A stretch of 64,000 bases of DNA from Sporopachydermia quercuum. Lineage: Eukaryota. Every line of letters starts with the position of its first letter. The first letter of the stretch is position 1. The stretch covers positions 372,001-436,000 of the forward strand of contig BCGN01000001.1 in assembly GCA_001599295.1 (NCBI GenBank), given 5' to 3'. The position numbers and the translations under genes are program-made. Of the stretch, positions 49,601 through 60,661 are shown one piece after another. The notes beneath the pieces are model-generated. The model searched no databases, was not told where the DNA came from, and was given only the letters and a program-made list of their open reading frames with translations.

Positions 49601-52600
49601 GCGGGGAAATTGCAATCATTGCAGAAACACACTTACGTAAAGTTAGCGTGGTTCTAGAACTTCTTCAAAAAAGATCAAATGCTTCTCTCTATAAAGCGAA
49701 CGTAGAAAGGAGCAATTTGATTCTCAATGAACTGTTCACTATTCTCAGTGAATCTTTATCACTTGCAGATTCAAACATGCCTGCAGATTTTGTTCAAGAA
49801 ACAGTTATTGCTGCTATGCTATGTATTGTTGAAAATATTGAAGAAAGCACCAATAACTCCTCTTCTGGTACTACTACTGCTCCTCATGTTGATCTATCTA
49901 CAATCAGGATCGATACATTAGTGAGCTTTTTGCGAAGTACTAAAAGCCCTCAGATTCAAAATAGGATTTTATTATTGATATCCAATCTTGCTACATTATC
50001 ACCGTTGATTGTTTTACACAGCGTAATGCCAATTTTCACATTTATGGGCTCCAATACTGTTCGACAAGACGATGAATACTCATTCCATGCTATTGAGCAG
50101 ACTTTATTGAAGGTGATTCCTGCATTAGCACATAGTACCAAGAATGAGAGGGAACAGAATGATGAAATTGAATTCCTATTGTCTAGCTTTACTTCGGCAT
50201 TCGTTCATATTCCTCGTCATAGAAGAGTTCATTTGTTCACTACTCTAGTTAGATCACTAAGTGGTGCTGGTAGTGTAGATGATCCCAATGCTAGTGCTAA
50301 TTTCATTATCAGTAAAGCATTGTTTTTGGTTAGTCAGAAATATTCAGAAGCTTCCCTTAGACATAAACAAATGGAAGTTAGAATGATCATAGACTTTGCA
50401 CAAGCTTTTTTTATTAATTTTTCAATCAAAGACCAATTAGAATCAATTATCAACTATATTGAGTTATGGAAACGATTACCATTTATTACTGGCAACAACG
50501 GCAGCGGTAGTTCCAGCAAATCATCTAATTCTGATTCTGAAGACACTAATAAGTTCCTTCAACGAAGTATTGTTTCTACTAGTGTTATTGGCATGGACTC
50601 GAACAGTTTAATCAACCTCAAGTGCTACATGCTGCAATTTCTGAACCAAATCATCTCTGGCACTCCTGACGATCCTTCCTATGCCTCGGTTTCATCTGCA
50701 GTCGGTACCAACACTTCTTTCAATAGCTATAAATCTCTCCGATTCAGAATAGCAAAGGTATTTGCTGAAGACAACGGAATCGAAAGTGCAACTGTCATAG
50801 AACAATTTCAAAATGTATTCAACTCGCTGTTGTCTCTGATTAATGATGAGCCGTTGGAGGATAAGCAAATGCAAAAGGATTACCAGAAATACCTCTTTGA
50901 CTTATTCGCCACAGTACTCAACTTATTGCCATTTGCAGAGTTTGTCGAATCCATTAAAGGCCTGATCTCAGTCGAAAACCAAGAAACAAGCCAAGTACTT
51001 AGAAGGCAAGCAATCCTGTTGTTGAAGAATAAAATCTCCTTGGAGTTGGTGGATAGTGCTAATGGATTGGCTTCCGCTGTTGAAGCTGTAAGCGTTTTAC
51101 TGAGCATAGTAGAAAAAAGTGTTGATGCCAACATTGAGAACACTCCGGATAACGAATCCATGGACGTCATAGTTGTACAAGTATCGATAGAGACATTAGA
51201 TCTTATTGTGAACAAGTTCAGTCATAACTTAAATGATAAATTAGTTATTAAGATACTCAATTTACTTACAAGAGACGTTGGCCTTAAAAATCAACATCCA
51301 GAAATCATTATTGCTTCTATTTCATGTATTACAACAGTTATACAACTTATGGGTGTCAAAATCATCGCATTTTTCCCCAAGATCGTACCTATTGGTTTCC
51401 AAATCTTTAACCGTGTTATTAACTCAGAAAAATCATCCGAAGCTATTCAGTTGTCTTTATTTGCTTTGATTGGTTGTTGCATCAAACGTATTCCACAATT
51501 TTTGGTCTCCTCTTTGAGCGAAATCTTGTTCATGGTGTATAAAGGAACCTGTTTCAAAGCTGTGAAAATTCAAATTCTTAACGAATTGGTAGAACATAGT
51601 GAACTCAAGAGTTTATACAGTGCAGGAAGTAAATCATGGGATTATATTGTCGCTAGAATGAATGAAGCTAGAGAAAAAGGATTGAGTAGTGTAGATGTCA
51701 ANCAAGTGTCGAACATCATTGAGTTGAACCATTACGTTATGAGTCAATGTGTTGAAAAGAGTGATAAACGACTTGTGATTGAACAGTCTTCATTGTTGAT
51801 GAGATATTTACTTCGCACATTTGAAATCCGAAGCATTGGAATATTCAATTTCAATATCACCAATAGTTTGGAATCTGAGTTCATTAAATTGGGTATTGCT
51901 ATAGTGTTGAAATTGAACGACAAGACTTTTAGACCTTTGTTTGCAGGAATTGTCAGATGGGCTATTGAAGAAGGCAGCTCAGACAAGAAGAAGTTGATTT
52001 CATTTTTCAAATTCCTGACAAAACTACAAGACAGATTAAAGAGTATTATCACGAACTATTATACTTATTTGTTTGATTTTGTAGTAGATCAGTTGAACAA
52101 ATATGAGGAGCAAGAAAAAGAACTAGAAGGTGATGAATTATTGCTCAAGAAACTAATTTATACATCCCTTAAGCTTGGATTTACCTATGATCAAGAACAA
52201 TACTGGCAGTCAGCGACAAGATTCGATGCCATAAGCGTTGCATTGCTTAATCAATTGCCAACCGTTGAAATGGTTATTGGCAAGCAGTTGATCAAAGCAG
52301 TTGTATCTCTCATTGAAATCATCGCCAATAATGATGATCAACAGAATATCAAAAAGATTGACCAAATATTACTTTCACATTTGAAATACACTTGTGGAAG
52401 CACTGAGATCTTATTGACAGTGAAGATCTTCAAGGTTGTTTACAAGACATTTGCTGATCATTGGTTGAATTTGTTGCCTCAATTGATTCCAGTATTAACA
52501 GAATTGTTGGAAACCGATAATGAAATCATCGAGCTTGAGTTGAAGAATGGGCTGATTCCTGTCATTGAGAAGAATTTGGGCGAGTCTATTGAGAAATACA

Positions 52601-52611
52601 TGATTATCTGA
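46609..52611 (+). CDS. UTP10: SSU processome HEAT-repeat protein Utp10 (2000 aa)
   Basis: MSSLADQL, QDYDTIY, ALEWLVRRFQ, KRRRRSS, LHSVMPIFTFMG..RQDDEYS, HIPRHRR and VLKLNDKTFRPLF (BP28CT). First ATG at 46609. Confidence 0.95.
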   Translation: MSSLADQLASLRQSSKAEVTTVDRKKRQKIHQLSLVYEKKTAGTQDYDTIYSVSCEALTELQSIDPRFGKFWNNLFSETSISYDIAIQSPEQVKNINHAIASFLMLVAPRLHLNIALYALEWLVRRFQLNVQSPELLLLSVLPYCHDSSLFLRFLTVIPYSSYPETFHFLLNCRKNLAVPSKTLLINVFTNNHQFYELFSNHLVTTVESNADYDTQLIFWSSYSVWSIVAMRHSSSSSRNNDNEFILGKYLPVITKLLNPSTSAKAKTAAYMVAAVLFHECNPSTSVIAATVRTIVQNWDADCYQSGLGGISKILCSSGSLLNSELIDSLFTENLWQAFQGSIGIFSIGTDNTDFDPETVQRKYLSLVDDYDREKCMVFLWLYYSLKYSLKHENSVKRIETLIDSIVGSSTSSISKSLSKQLHKTFTQLLLNLDGEFYAEYNYQLASLFHKLLADKSTRDLFSAALTEQNLTVETVELKLGASIAVEESISEANSNDIIISIENIPEQQHDDEYLIAYQNSLPPMNTIDSFLAVQSDSMFFKLLKLFSLYVAGKSSSQLYEQFLSNDKFFSKELSVVSFLARVSTDAYTASLLKXIALLQLKTVLDTTSKTTPMNFTSLLPSLLVALNDPSEKVRICCTEVLKSLVNALESAFKLRKTSSVWGNEYIYGTKNTTEHTAMWLGLNDTMKLLKTNIIPNNYDFVNNKDHLFQLFGNIFSSKDKKVSLYLTFLASQALSVEIPSIKLVLLKIVNQINHFNHKNKKTNFAKVQFFSPLIESYLATRNEKWYVLCKAHHVEFRKFEQEIVNLVSYNERGMGIKFLEGCLAGGSVVRSVNDSQSISMIAEGKEDSNDEAISDADDDSGDGEVDLVAEREPIVEAETVSYQQLWDIVSTKISQIWSSLKPDMKYSILRFIIDDNISPEFDATELTYTLDIDLDLFAKLLRDCRLDTSLNGGTNNGVSSTPGANIHDSNNVASAAAVAAKRRRRSSTSSRQLFKQGGEIAIIAETHLRKVSVVLELLQKRSNASLYKANVERSNLILNELFTILSESLSLADSNMPADFVQETVIAAMLCIVENIEESTNNSSSGTTTAPHVDLSTIRIDTLVSFLRSTKSPQIQNRILLLISNLATLSPLIVLHSVMPIFTFMGSNTVRQDDEYSFHAIEQTLLKVIPALAHSTKNEREQNDEIEFLLSSFTSAFVHIPRHRRVHLFTTLVRSLSGAGSVDDPNASANFIISKALFLVSQKYSEASLRHKQMEVRMIIDFAQAFFINFSIKDQLESIINYIELWKRLPFITGNNGSGSSSKSSNSDSEDTNKFLQRSIVSTSVIGMDSNSLINLKCYMLQFLNQIISGTPDDPSYASVSSAVGTNTSFNSYKSLRFRIAKVFAEDNGIESATVIEQFQNVFNSLLSLINDEPLEDKQMQKDYQKYLFDLFATVLNLLPFAEFVESIKGLISVENQETSQVLRRQAILLLKNKISLELVDSANGLASAVEAVSVLLSIVEKSVDANIENTPDNESMDVIVVQVSIETLDLIVNKFSHNLNDKLVIKILNLLTRDVGLKNQHPEIIIASISCITTVIQLMGVKIIAFFPKIVPIGFQIFNRVINSEKSSEAIQLSLFALIGCCIKRIPQFLVSSLSEILFMVYKGTCFKAVKIQILNELVEHSELKSLYSAGSKSWDYIVARMNEAREKGLSSVDVXQVSNIIELNHYVMSQCVEKSDKRLVIEQSSLLMRYLLRTFEIRSIGIFNFNITNSLESEFIKLGIAIVLKLNDKTFRPLFAGIVRWAIEEGSSDKKKLISFFKFLTKLQDRLKSIITNYYTYLFDFVVDQLNKYEEQEKELEGDELLLKKLIYTSLKLGFTYDQEQYWQSATRFDAISVALLNQLPTVEMVIGKQLIKAVVSLIEIIANNDDQQNIKKIDQILLSHLKYTCGSTEILLTVKIFKVVYKTFADHWLNLLPQLIPVLTELLETDNEIIELELKNGLIPVIEKNLGESIEKYMII

Positions 52612-53123
52612 TGTGTTTATTTGATGCGTTTGTTTGAGTATTGCTGTTGATAGCATTGTTAATAGTGAAAAATAAGTTGTACTTGATATATTATGACTGA
52701 TAACTTAGTAGGATAAGCTTACTGGGATAATTAGAAGCATATGTTGTGAGATATTAGATTTATGAGCTAGTGGTTATATGGTGTTTGAAAATCAAAGGCT
52801 CAACCTAAGATGGTTGCCCACAAGTTAGGGAGTTGATTTGAATACGAAGAAGCAATTAGAATTCTGTTAATTATAATACTAATAAAACGTAAACAATATT
52901 TTTTTTTTTTTAATTTTTATAGAACTATTAATCAAATGAGAATTTAACCTATGACAGCCTGAAGAACTTCGTTTTTGCTCGTCAGCTTGATAGTATTAAG
53001 GTTTGAAACCTAATTTAGCTCAACATGATTTCACTCTAACACTATTGCCATCATTGAACGTAGTACCCCAAATAGTGCAACAGCTAAGCAATCTATCTGC
53101 TTACAAGGATTGAGTTATTCTCT

Positions 53124-53132
53124 TGAAAATTT
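53124..53132 (+). promoter_or_regulatory. RRPE-like element upstream of DHR2
   Basis: TGAAAATTT followed by a PAC-like ATGAGC. Confidence 0.35.
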
Positions 53133-53415
53133 ATCTATGAGCAGATTCTCAATTGGGTATGCATTCTTTGTCATTACTTAAATCATAACGACTTAGGATA
53201 TCCAGAATCACCCCTTGCCATGCATGGATATGTAGTGGACCAAACGTTAATTTAGAATGTTTTCACCTTAAACAAAAGATTTCCAAAACATTTTCATTGT
53301 TGGTAGATACTTTTTTCAACATTTCATTAACAGAATATTCATACTAAATTCAATTTCAAAGTATTCATCTGTATAGTAAATAGTAGCTAGCGGTTTACTG
53401 TAACTATTTTTTAAT

Positions 53416-56102
53416 ATGGCTAAGAAGATCGTATTTGAAGATATTACTGTTAGTAATGAACCTTCGAATGGTAACACTTCCGAAGACCCAGAAAATGATA
53501 GATCAAATGACGGGAAACCCGCCAGAAAAAGAAGGAGAAAGAAGCAGAAAAGCAAGAAGGATGTCGAAAATGATTCTCAAACTGACAATGGGGTAAAATC
53601 CCGATCTTTCCAGTTTGATGAGCCTCAAAATGGTGAACCATTTCCAAGCCAATCAAACACAGACTTAAAGCAAGTAAAGCATTCAATAGACGAATCAATA
53701 GATAGAATAGCGAATTCTCCTAGACAGCTTAATCCACCGATGGAGACCTTTTTTAAGAATTCAAATCGCAAAACAGTTGATTTTCATTCTGATGACGAAG
53801 ACAAAACTCTGGGAGGTGACTTTGTCCTTGGCACTACTTTTGATAAACCATTTGACCACTATGCCAAAACACTACAATTGAAAGACAACGCAAAACGCTT
53901 ACTGGAATCAAGAAAGAACTTACCTATACATAAAAGCAAAAATACTATTATTTCATATATTCTAAGCAACCAAGTGACTATTATCATCGGCGAAACAGGT
54001 TCAGGAAAATCAACACAATTGCCTCAGTTCATAATAGAAGAACTAGAGAGAGCGGAGAGAAAAGAGGAGGAAAGCTCTAACATTAACAGAAACAATAACA
54101 AAGGAACTAAAAACTTCAACAATAACTTAGCTATTGGAATAACACAACCGCGAAGAGTTGCTGCTATGAATTTGGCCAAGCGTGTAGCTGAAGAAGATGG
54201 GTCACAACTAGGAACCAAAGTAGGCTTTTCAGTGAGATTTCAGAACATCACAAGCAGAAATACAAGCATAAAATATCTAACGGACGGTATGCTATTAAGA
54301 GAAATTATCCATGATCCTCTATTACAGCGCTATAGCTATATAATACTAGACGAAGCTCACGAAAGAAGTATCCTCACTGATATGCTTATGGGATTCCTCA
54401 AACAAATCATGGAGAAAAGAAAGCAAGAACCTGATATTCCGCCACTGAAACTGGTGATCATGTCCGCAACTTTACAAGCTGATATTTTTAGTAAATTCTT
54501 CAATAACGCTCCAATTCTCTACGTTGCAGGTAAAATGTACTTTGTGGAAAGGAAATACCTGGTGGAGCCTATCGATGATTTGCTCAATGCTACTGTCAGA
54601 ACCATAATCCAAGTAAATACTACTGAACCAACAGGTGATATTCTCGTTTTTCTCCCTGGTCAAGAAGAAATCGACGAGTGTGTTACAATGCTCAACCATT
54701 TCGCTCCCCTACTGCCAAAAGATGCTCCATTGATAGTAGCTCTGCCCTTATATGCTGCTTTATCTCCAGCCAACCAGNTTCAAGTGTTCTCTACGCTTCC
54801 GAAAGGAAGACGCAAAGTTATCTTAGCCACAAATATAGCTGAGACATCTGTCACCATTCCAGGTATCAGATATGTGATTGATTCTGGATTGCGGAAGATA
54901 AAGATATGGAAACCTGAATTGGGATTAGCTACACTATTTACTACTACTATATCTCAATCTTCAGCTAAACAACGCATGGGAAGAGCTGGAAGAGAAGCAC
55001 CAGGTAAATGCTTTCGATTATACACAGAAGAAACATATAATTCATTACCAGCTCAAAGCGAGCCTGAAATTCTTCGGAATGATGTTATCACTCCAGTGCT
55101 GATGTTGAAGGCAATGAATGTTGATGACGTAATCAATTGGCCCTGGCTGGAGAAACCTGGTAAAGGAAGCATAGTTTCAGCTTTAACTATGTTATTTGCT
55201 TTGGGAGCGTTGAACGATTCTGGTGTTATAACTGATTTTGGTAGAAAAATGTCTGTACTACCATTATCGCCAAATTTATCTGCTATATTGTTGAAAGCAA
55301 AAGAAATGAATGTCCTAAAACCGGTTGTTGATATAGTTTCATGTCTTACGGTGGACAATTTATTGATTACACCATCAAATAATGATCGAGACGCAATCAA
55401 TGATGCTAGAAAGAAAAGATTTCCGCTGGGGGCAAAGTTTGGAGATTTGGCGATGCTATGGGAAGTCTATAAAGGATATCGGGAGATGAAGCCTGAAGAA
55501 CGAAGATCGTGGTGTAAAGAAGTTGGAGTTAATGTTCGGGGATTGCGGAATGTTGAGATGGTTCGGGATCAGATTTTGGGGTATGTGAATGAATCATATG
55601 GTCGTTCGAGAGAGAGGAGTCGAGGAGATGATTTTGATATTGAGACTAATACTGGATCTGGTGAGGAAGCTTATTCTGATGCCGGAGGTGATTCAGATTG
55701 TGAGCTGAATTCAATTGACATCGAATCTGTACTGAAATGCTTCCTAATTGGGTTCATCAATAATGCTGCTATTGGATTACCCGATAGAAGTTACCGAACC
55801 TTAGCGAACAACCGGTTGATTTCAATCCATCCTTCTTCAATGATTTTCGGATTGAAATCAGAAGCTATAATGTATACCGAATACGTAAGTAAAGTTTGGG
55901 TTTTGATGTTTCTGTACTTGATTGATATTGCATGACAGAAGCATGGAGAGAAGGTCGAAAATTGCTTCAAGTACTAACATAATAACAGGTGTTTACAAGT
56001 AAAGGATACGCAAGAAATGTATCTGCTATCAAGCTCAGTTGGTTACAAGAAGTTTCGCCTCATTTTCTTGCCCGAGGACAAAGATTAGAGGAGACTCAAT
56101 GA
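53416..56102 (+). CDS. DHR2: DEAH-box RNA helicase Dhr2; exons 53416-55884, 55989-56102 (860 aa)
   Basis: GETGSGKSTQLPQF, TQPRRVAA, DEAHER, SAT, QRMGRAGRE. PLIVALPLYAAL and IHPSS..FG..EAIMYTEY|VFTSKGYARNVS match Dhr2. Intron GTAAGT..TACTAAC..CAG. Confidence 0.85.
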
Positions 56103-57315
56103 GGAAGTTTGGTCGTAATAGGGCTACAGTAGCGGGATATGGTCATGATAGCTCTGATACCAGAAATAATAGCGATGAGGGACACTTTTACGGGACACAA
56201 AATCAGGATGATTTCAGATGGTAATATCTGAATTTAAGTCAAGGTACAAAGCAATGACTAAACAAACTATGGTAAAGAAGTATCGGATCACATTTCGTCC
56301 CTACCGTAGACATTGCTTGGAATCGCAGTGTAGCAGTTGTGTAATTGGGACACTGTTCCGAATATGACATATTATGAACTATCTCAATCTACTTTACAGT
56401 TTACTTCTTGCTTACTGTTGTACTGGATCACTAAATATTTGATCAACCACCACTACCTTATAATTGGAGCGTTGTTTCACAGTAAATGAATACTAAGGAT
56501 TTCAGTTGAAGAGAAGAAACTCAGTTAAGGCTAAACTCTCGCTTAATAAGAGGAAAGTCTTTATATTGAGCGATGTATTGAATCAATCTTAAAGTTCAAA
56601 TGAATCCTAACTTTACTTCCTTATACTTAAGCTAATACATAAAAATAACACTTTTATAATGTTATGTTTATATAGAGTATCGTGTACTAAAGCTATTCAC
56701 TTTAAAAAAGCTTGGACCCCAGCAATACATTACATAAAAGTTTCAAAATGCTATAGAATTATAGCCCTTTGCAGGAATTATAGTACTCTTTCTCTTCCAG
56801 TATCGCCTCCAACGCCTATATTTGATCTACTTTTGATCACATGACAATATTTTTAAACCCTTGAGAATCTTATTCATTCTAAAAGGTCTTTACTAACTTC
56901 GCCGTTAGATTTTTGAGGGATATAAAGTGACCGAAAGGGTGACTTGCCAATGAGGACAATGTTTATAAAGGATAAGGTAATACGATGCTACATTTAGTAG
57001 AGGTTATCACAAGATATTATCAAATCATCAGTGATGAAACAGGTTAATAATTTTCAAATTTCGTCGGCAAAATTGCTACTTTACATCTTCTTAATCCCCC
57101 TCGGCTCTCGGCATCGTTTCCGAAATTTGATCTATTAGAAAAGCACACACAATTCCATTTTTCTTAAACACAAAATGATCTCACCGCTATATATAAGAAG
57201 AATATCGGATTAAATTGTACGAAATTTCAGAAAATGTTTAGTAGAATCGGCAAAGTTGCAAAACGGCATCCGACTGCGCCACTCGTATCTGCAGCATTAG
57301 ATTAGTTTGCTCAGC

Positions 57316-59775
57316 ATGATGACTATGGCTATTAGACGTATCCCCACAGCTGGTGCTAGTGGTAGAAGTTGTATTAAGAACAGATGTGGATTGTGGCTCA
57401 ACCCCTCAAAGAGCTTTTTGGTTCCTATTAGGAAAGTGTGGCTAAGATCACTAGTGACAAGTCCCGCCCCTATTCAATCTGGCACCATTTCTAGCGGGAT
57501 AATTTCCTATTTGAAGAAAAGAGGGCTGGTATCTATGGTGACAAGGTATGTTTATTGTTCTTGCTTGTGGGTTGGAATTGCTTTTTAAGATCTATTTGTT
57601 TACACTTGTTGACTTATTTCAGTAACTGCTAAACCAAATAACGTTTGTTTTCATTTTTTCAGCCAGCTTTTCACTCGAAACTGACCAGTTTAGCCCATCA
57701 CTTGAATCGGAATTAGGTAAAAAGCCCTTGACTATTTATTGTGGCGCAGACCCTACGGCGAAATCCTTACATGTGGGAAACTTATTACCTCTCCTTGTGC
57801 TTTTGCATTTATACATCCGAGGCCACAATATCGTCGGCTTGGTTGGCGGGGCAACGGGCGAAGTCGGAGATCCTTCGGGGCGTTCCACGGAACGTGATCC
57901 GATGAATGTTTCCACAAAGGATACAAATGTGACTAGAATCGAAGCCCAAATGAAGAAATTTTTCACCAATGGGGTAGCTTATGCCAAAAGTAGAAATTAT
58001 CCAATATCAGAAAATGAGATTATTCCCGGAAAGTTCCAAACTAAGAACAACTATGATTGGTGGAAGAACGTCGGAATGCTATCATTTCTTGCTAAATATG
58101 GAAGGTTTATCAGAATAGGGCAAATGCTAGCTCGCGATTCTGTAAAAGGAAGGCTAGAATCCGAATCAGGATTAGGATTTAACGAATTCACTTATCAAAT
58201 ACTTCAAGCATACGATTTTTATCACATGTATCTCCATGACGAAGTTCGGGTGCAAGTGGGAGGTAGTGATCAATGGGGTAATATCACTGCCGGGATCGAC
58301 TTCATTGCTAAATTATTGGAAGCCTCTAAGGTTAGCGGTAATGAAGAAAGCGGGGTATTTTCAAAGACTTCGAAAGATGCGGAAGCCTTTGGATTGACCG
58401 TTCCATTATTGGTCAATTCCAATGGAGAGAAGTTTGGCAAAAGTATGGGAAATGCAGTATTTATTGATCCCGAGGTTACTCCTCCTTTTAGTTTGTATCA
58501 AGTATGTTCGCTTTTGGATCGTAATAAGCGGAGATGATGACTAATGGAGTAATGAGGTTAGGACTTGATTGAGAATGGGAACTTTTCGGACTTTGCTCAA
58601 TAAGGAAATCTGAATCGGGGAAGGATAATAACAAAAAAAGACCAGATTCCCTTCTGGGTCAAGCCATCTCGGNTACTCATTTCACGAACCTCGGATTATT
58701 GTAATTTCGGGAGTTTCGTTAATTACAATCTAGAATCCAACATCGATTAACTCATTTATTTTGGGTTTTTAGCCTCTCTTTCCGTTATTGCATCTTTTGT
58801 ATTTATTTAAACTTTTTATCATTCTCTTACTAACGTTATTGTTTATCTTAAGTTTTTTATTCGATCATCCGATGCCGATGTCGGAAAATACCTCAAAATC
58901 TTCACATTTCTCCCATTAGAGGAAATAAATAGAATTTTGGAAAACCACAAAAAGAACCCCGAAGCTCGGATTGCACAAAAGGTATTGGCCAATGAGTTCT
59001 GTGACCTACTTTATGGCTTAGGAGTTGGTAATAATTTGTCTATCGTTTCCGAAGTTTTATACGGAAATTATAACGGAACCTCTTCTGTTACTAGCGATCA
59101 GATTATTGAGGCTTTTCGGAAAGAGAATTTATTGAAAGAGATAAAACTTAACAGCCTAAACGGGAAAAAATGGAGTGATGTTTTAGTTAAGGTCTTGGGT
59201 GTGTCAAGATGTATGTATTTGTCTTTTGTGGATTGTAGCAGAGTTTGCCGAGATGCCTGGGGTGGTAATTCAGAAGGAATAAGAAAATATCGGAAGTGAT
59301 TTGTTTAGGTATGAGAGTAAAAGAATAGCTTCGGGGATTATTCAAGAAGAGGCCTAGTCTCGAATAATGACTGATTGCAGTAGACTAATTGGGTGTTCTG
59401 CCTAAACGGAGAATTGAAAGTTGTGAGGCCTATTCCTTCCTTATTATTATCTTTACCGATGTTCCTCCGAAGCTCCTCCGAAGCTCCTCAATATGTTAAT
59501 TCCCNTTCTTATCATTTCCGTTATCATTCTTTGTTCTGACATCTTTTCCACTATTGTGAAATCCTCATTATTTATCATTTGGGTTACTAACAGTAATCCA
59601 AATAGCGGAAGCCAAGAGATTATTAAAAGCTGGCTCAATTTATTCCGGCTTGCAGAGGAATAAGATTATCGACACTTCCGATTCCCTGATTTTCGAAAAT
59701 GATTACCTAGTCGACGATAGATTATTATTACTGAGAGTTGGTAAGAAGAGGTATGAAATTGTTTCCGTTCTATAA
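57316..59775 (+). CDS. MSY1: Mitochondrial tyrosyl-tRNA synthetase; exons 57316-57545, 57667-58501, 58853-59210, 59606-59775 (530 aa)
   Basis: Presequence, YCGADPTAKSLHVGN (HIGH motif), FNEFTYQILQAYDF, QVGGSDQWGNITAG, GEKFGKS (KMSKS motif) and a terminal LLLRVGK. 1593 nt in frame. Confidence 0.9.
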
Positions 59776-60661
59776 GCTGTAGAAAAAGGCATATAAGTTC
59801 TGTATATAAATTGAAAACAAAAGAAATGATAGAATTATATTGGGTATATATATGTGTAAGAGTATTACGTCCAGAATGAAATCTGGAAAGGTTACCGTTA
59901 TATTACATACTTCCTACTTCTACCTTATTGTGGTTTATCGGATTAAATATAATCGCACCAATAATAAAATAAGTACAAAACTATAGGATAGTAGTCATTC
60001 AGAGCCACAACTTTTTGCCCCATAATATAACTATGACCATAGCAAATTGTTGTCCATCTATAGTAGCCAATTGAATACCGAGTTTCTTCTCAATCCTTTC
60101 ATATAGAGTTAATTCTTTCTAGTAGACTGAAAATTTGTAATTTTAACTCCGAAAATGTATAACCAGAGTTCTGATTGATAAATAAAATTTAGGCTTTATT
60201 TTCCTGAGCCACATCTTTCTATCATTTAGCGCGCAAGCAAGTATCTGGTACATCTTATAATCTGAACTGAACCAAGACACATAGGAGCAGCTTTCGATTT
60301 GCCAACATAATTAACATAATCAAAAAGAAACAATCTTGAAACCGTAGAGTATTATGCTACACTCGCAACCACAACATTAAGTACTTTGGCTTGATTCTCA
60401 AATTGGTAAAGGCCAAAGTAAACAAAACACACCGGCGTGTTCATGTGTGGGCCGCGCAGTTCGTAATAAAGCCTAATAGGTATAAAAAGCTACCAAACTA
60501 ACCTGTTTGGCATCTTCTTCCCTTTCGGGCAATTTTCGGGCCACAATTACACCTACTATGTGTAATTCTCGCTTCATTAGTGCACATTAAATGCGTGCCA
60601 ANGACGTATGACCCTCTAACTCCACCCAAATCCCCTTCGGTTCCGCCTAGAATTACCCAAA

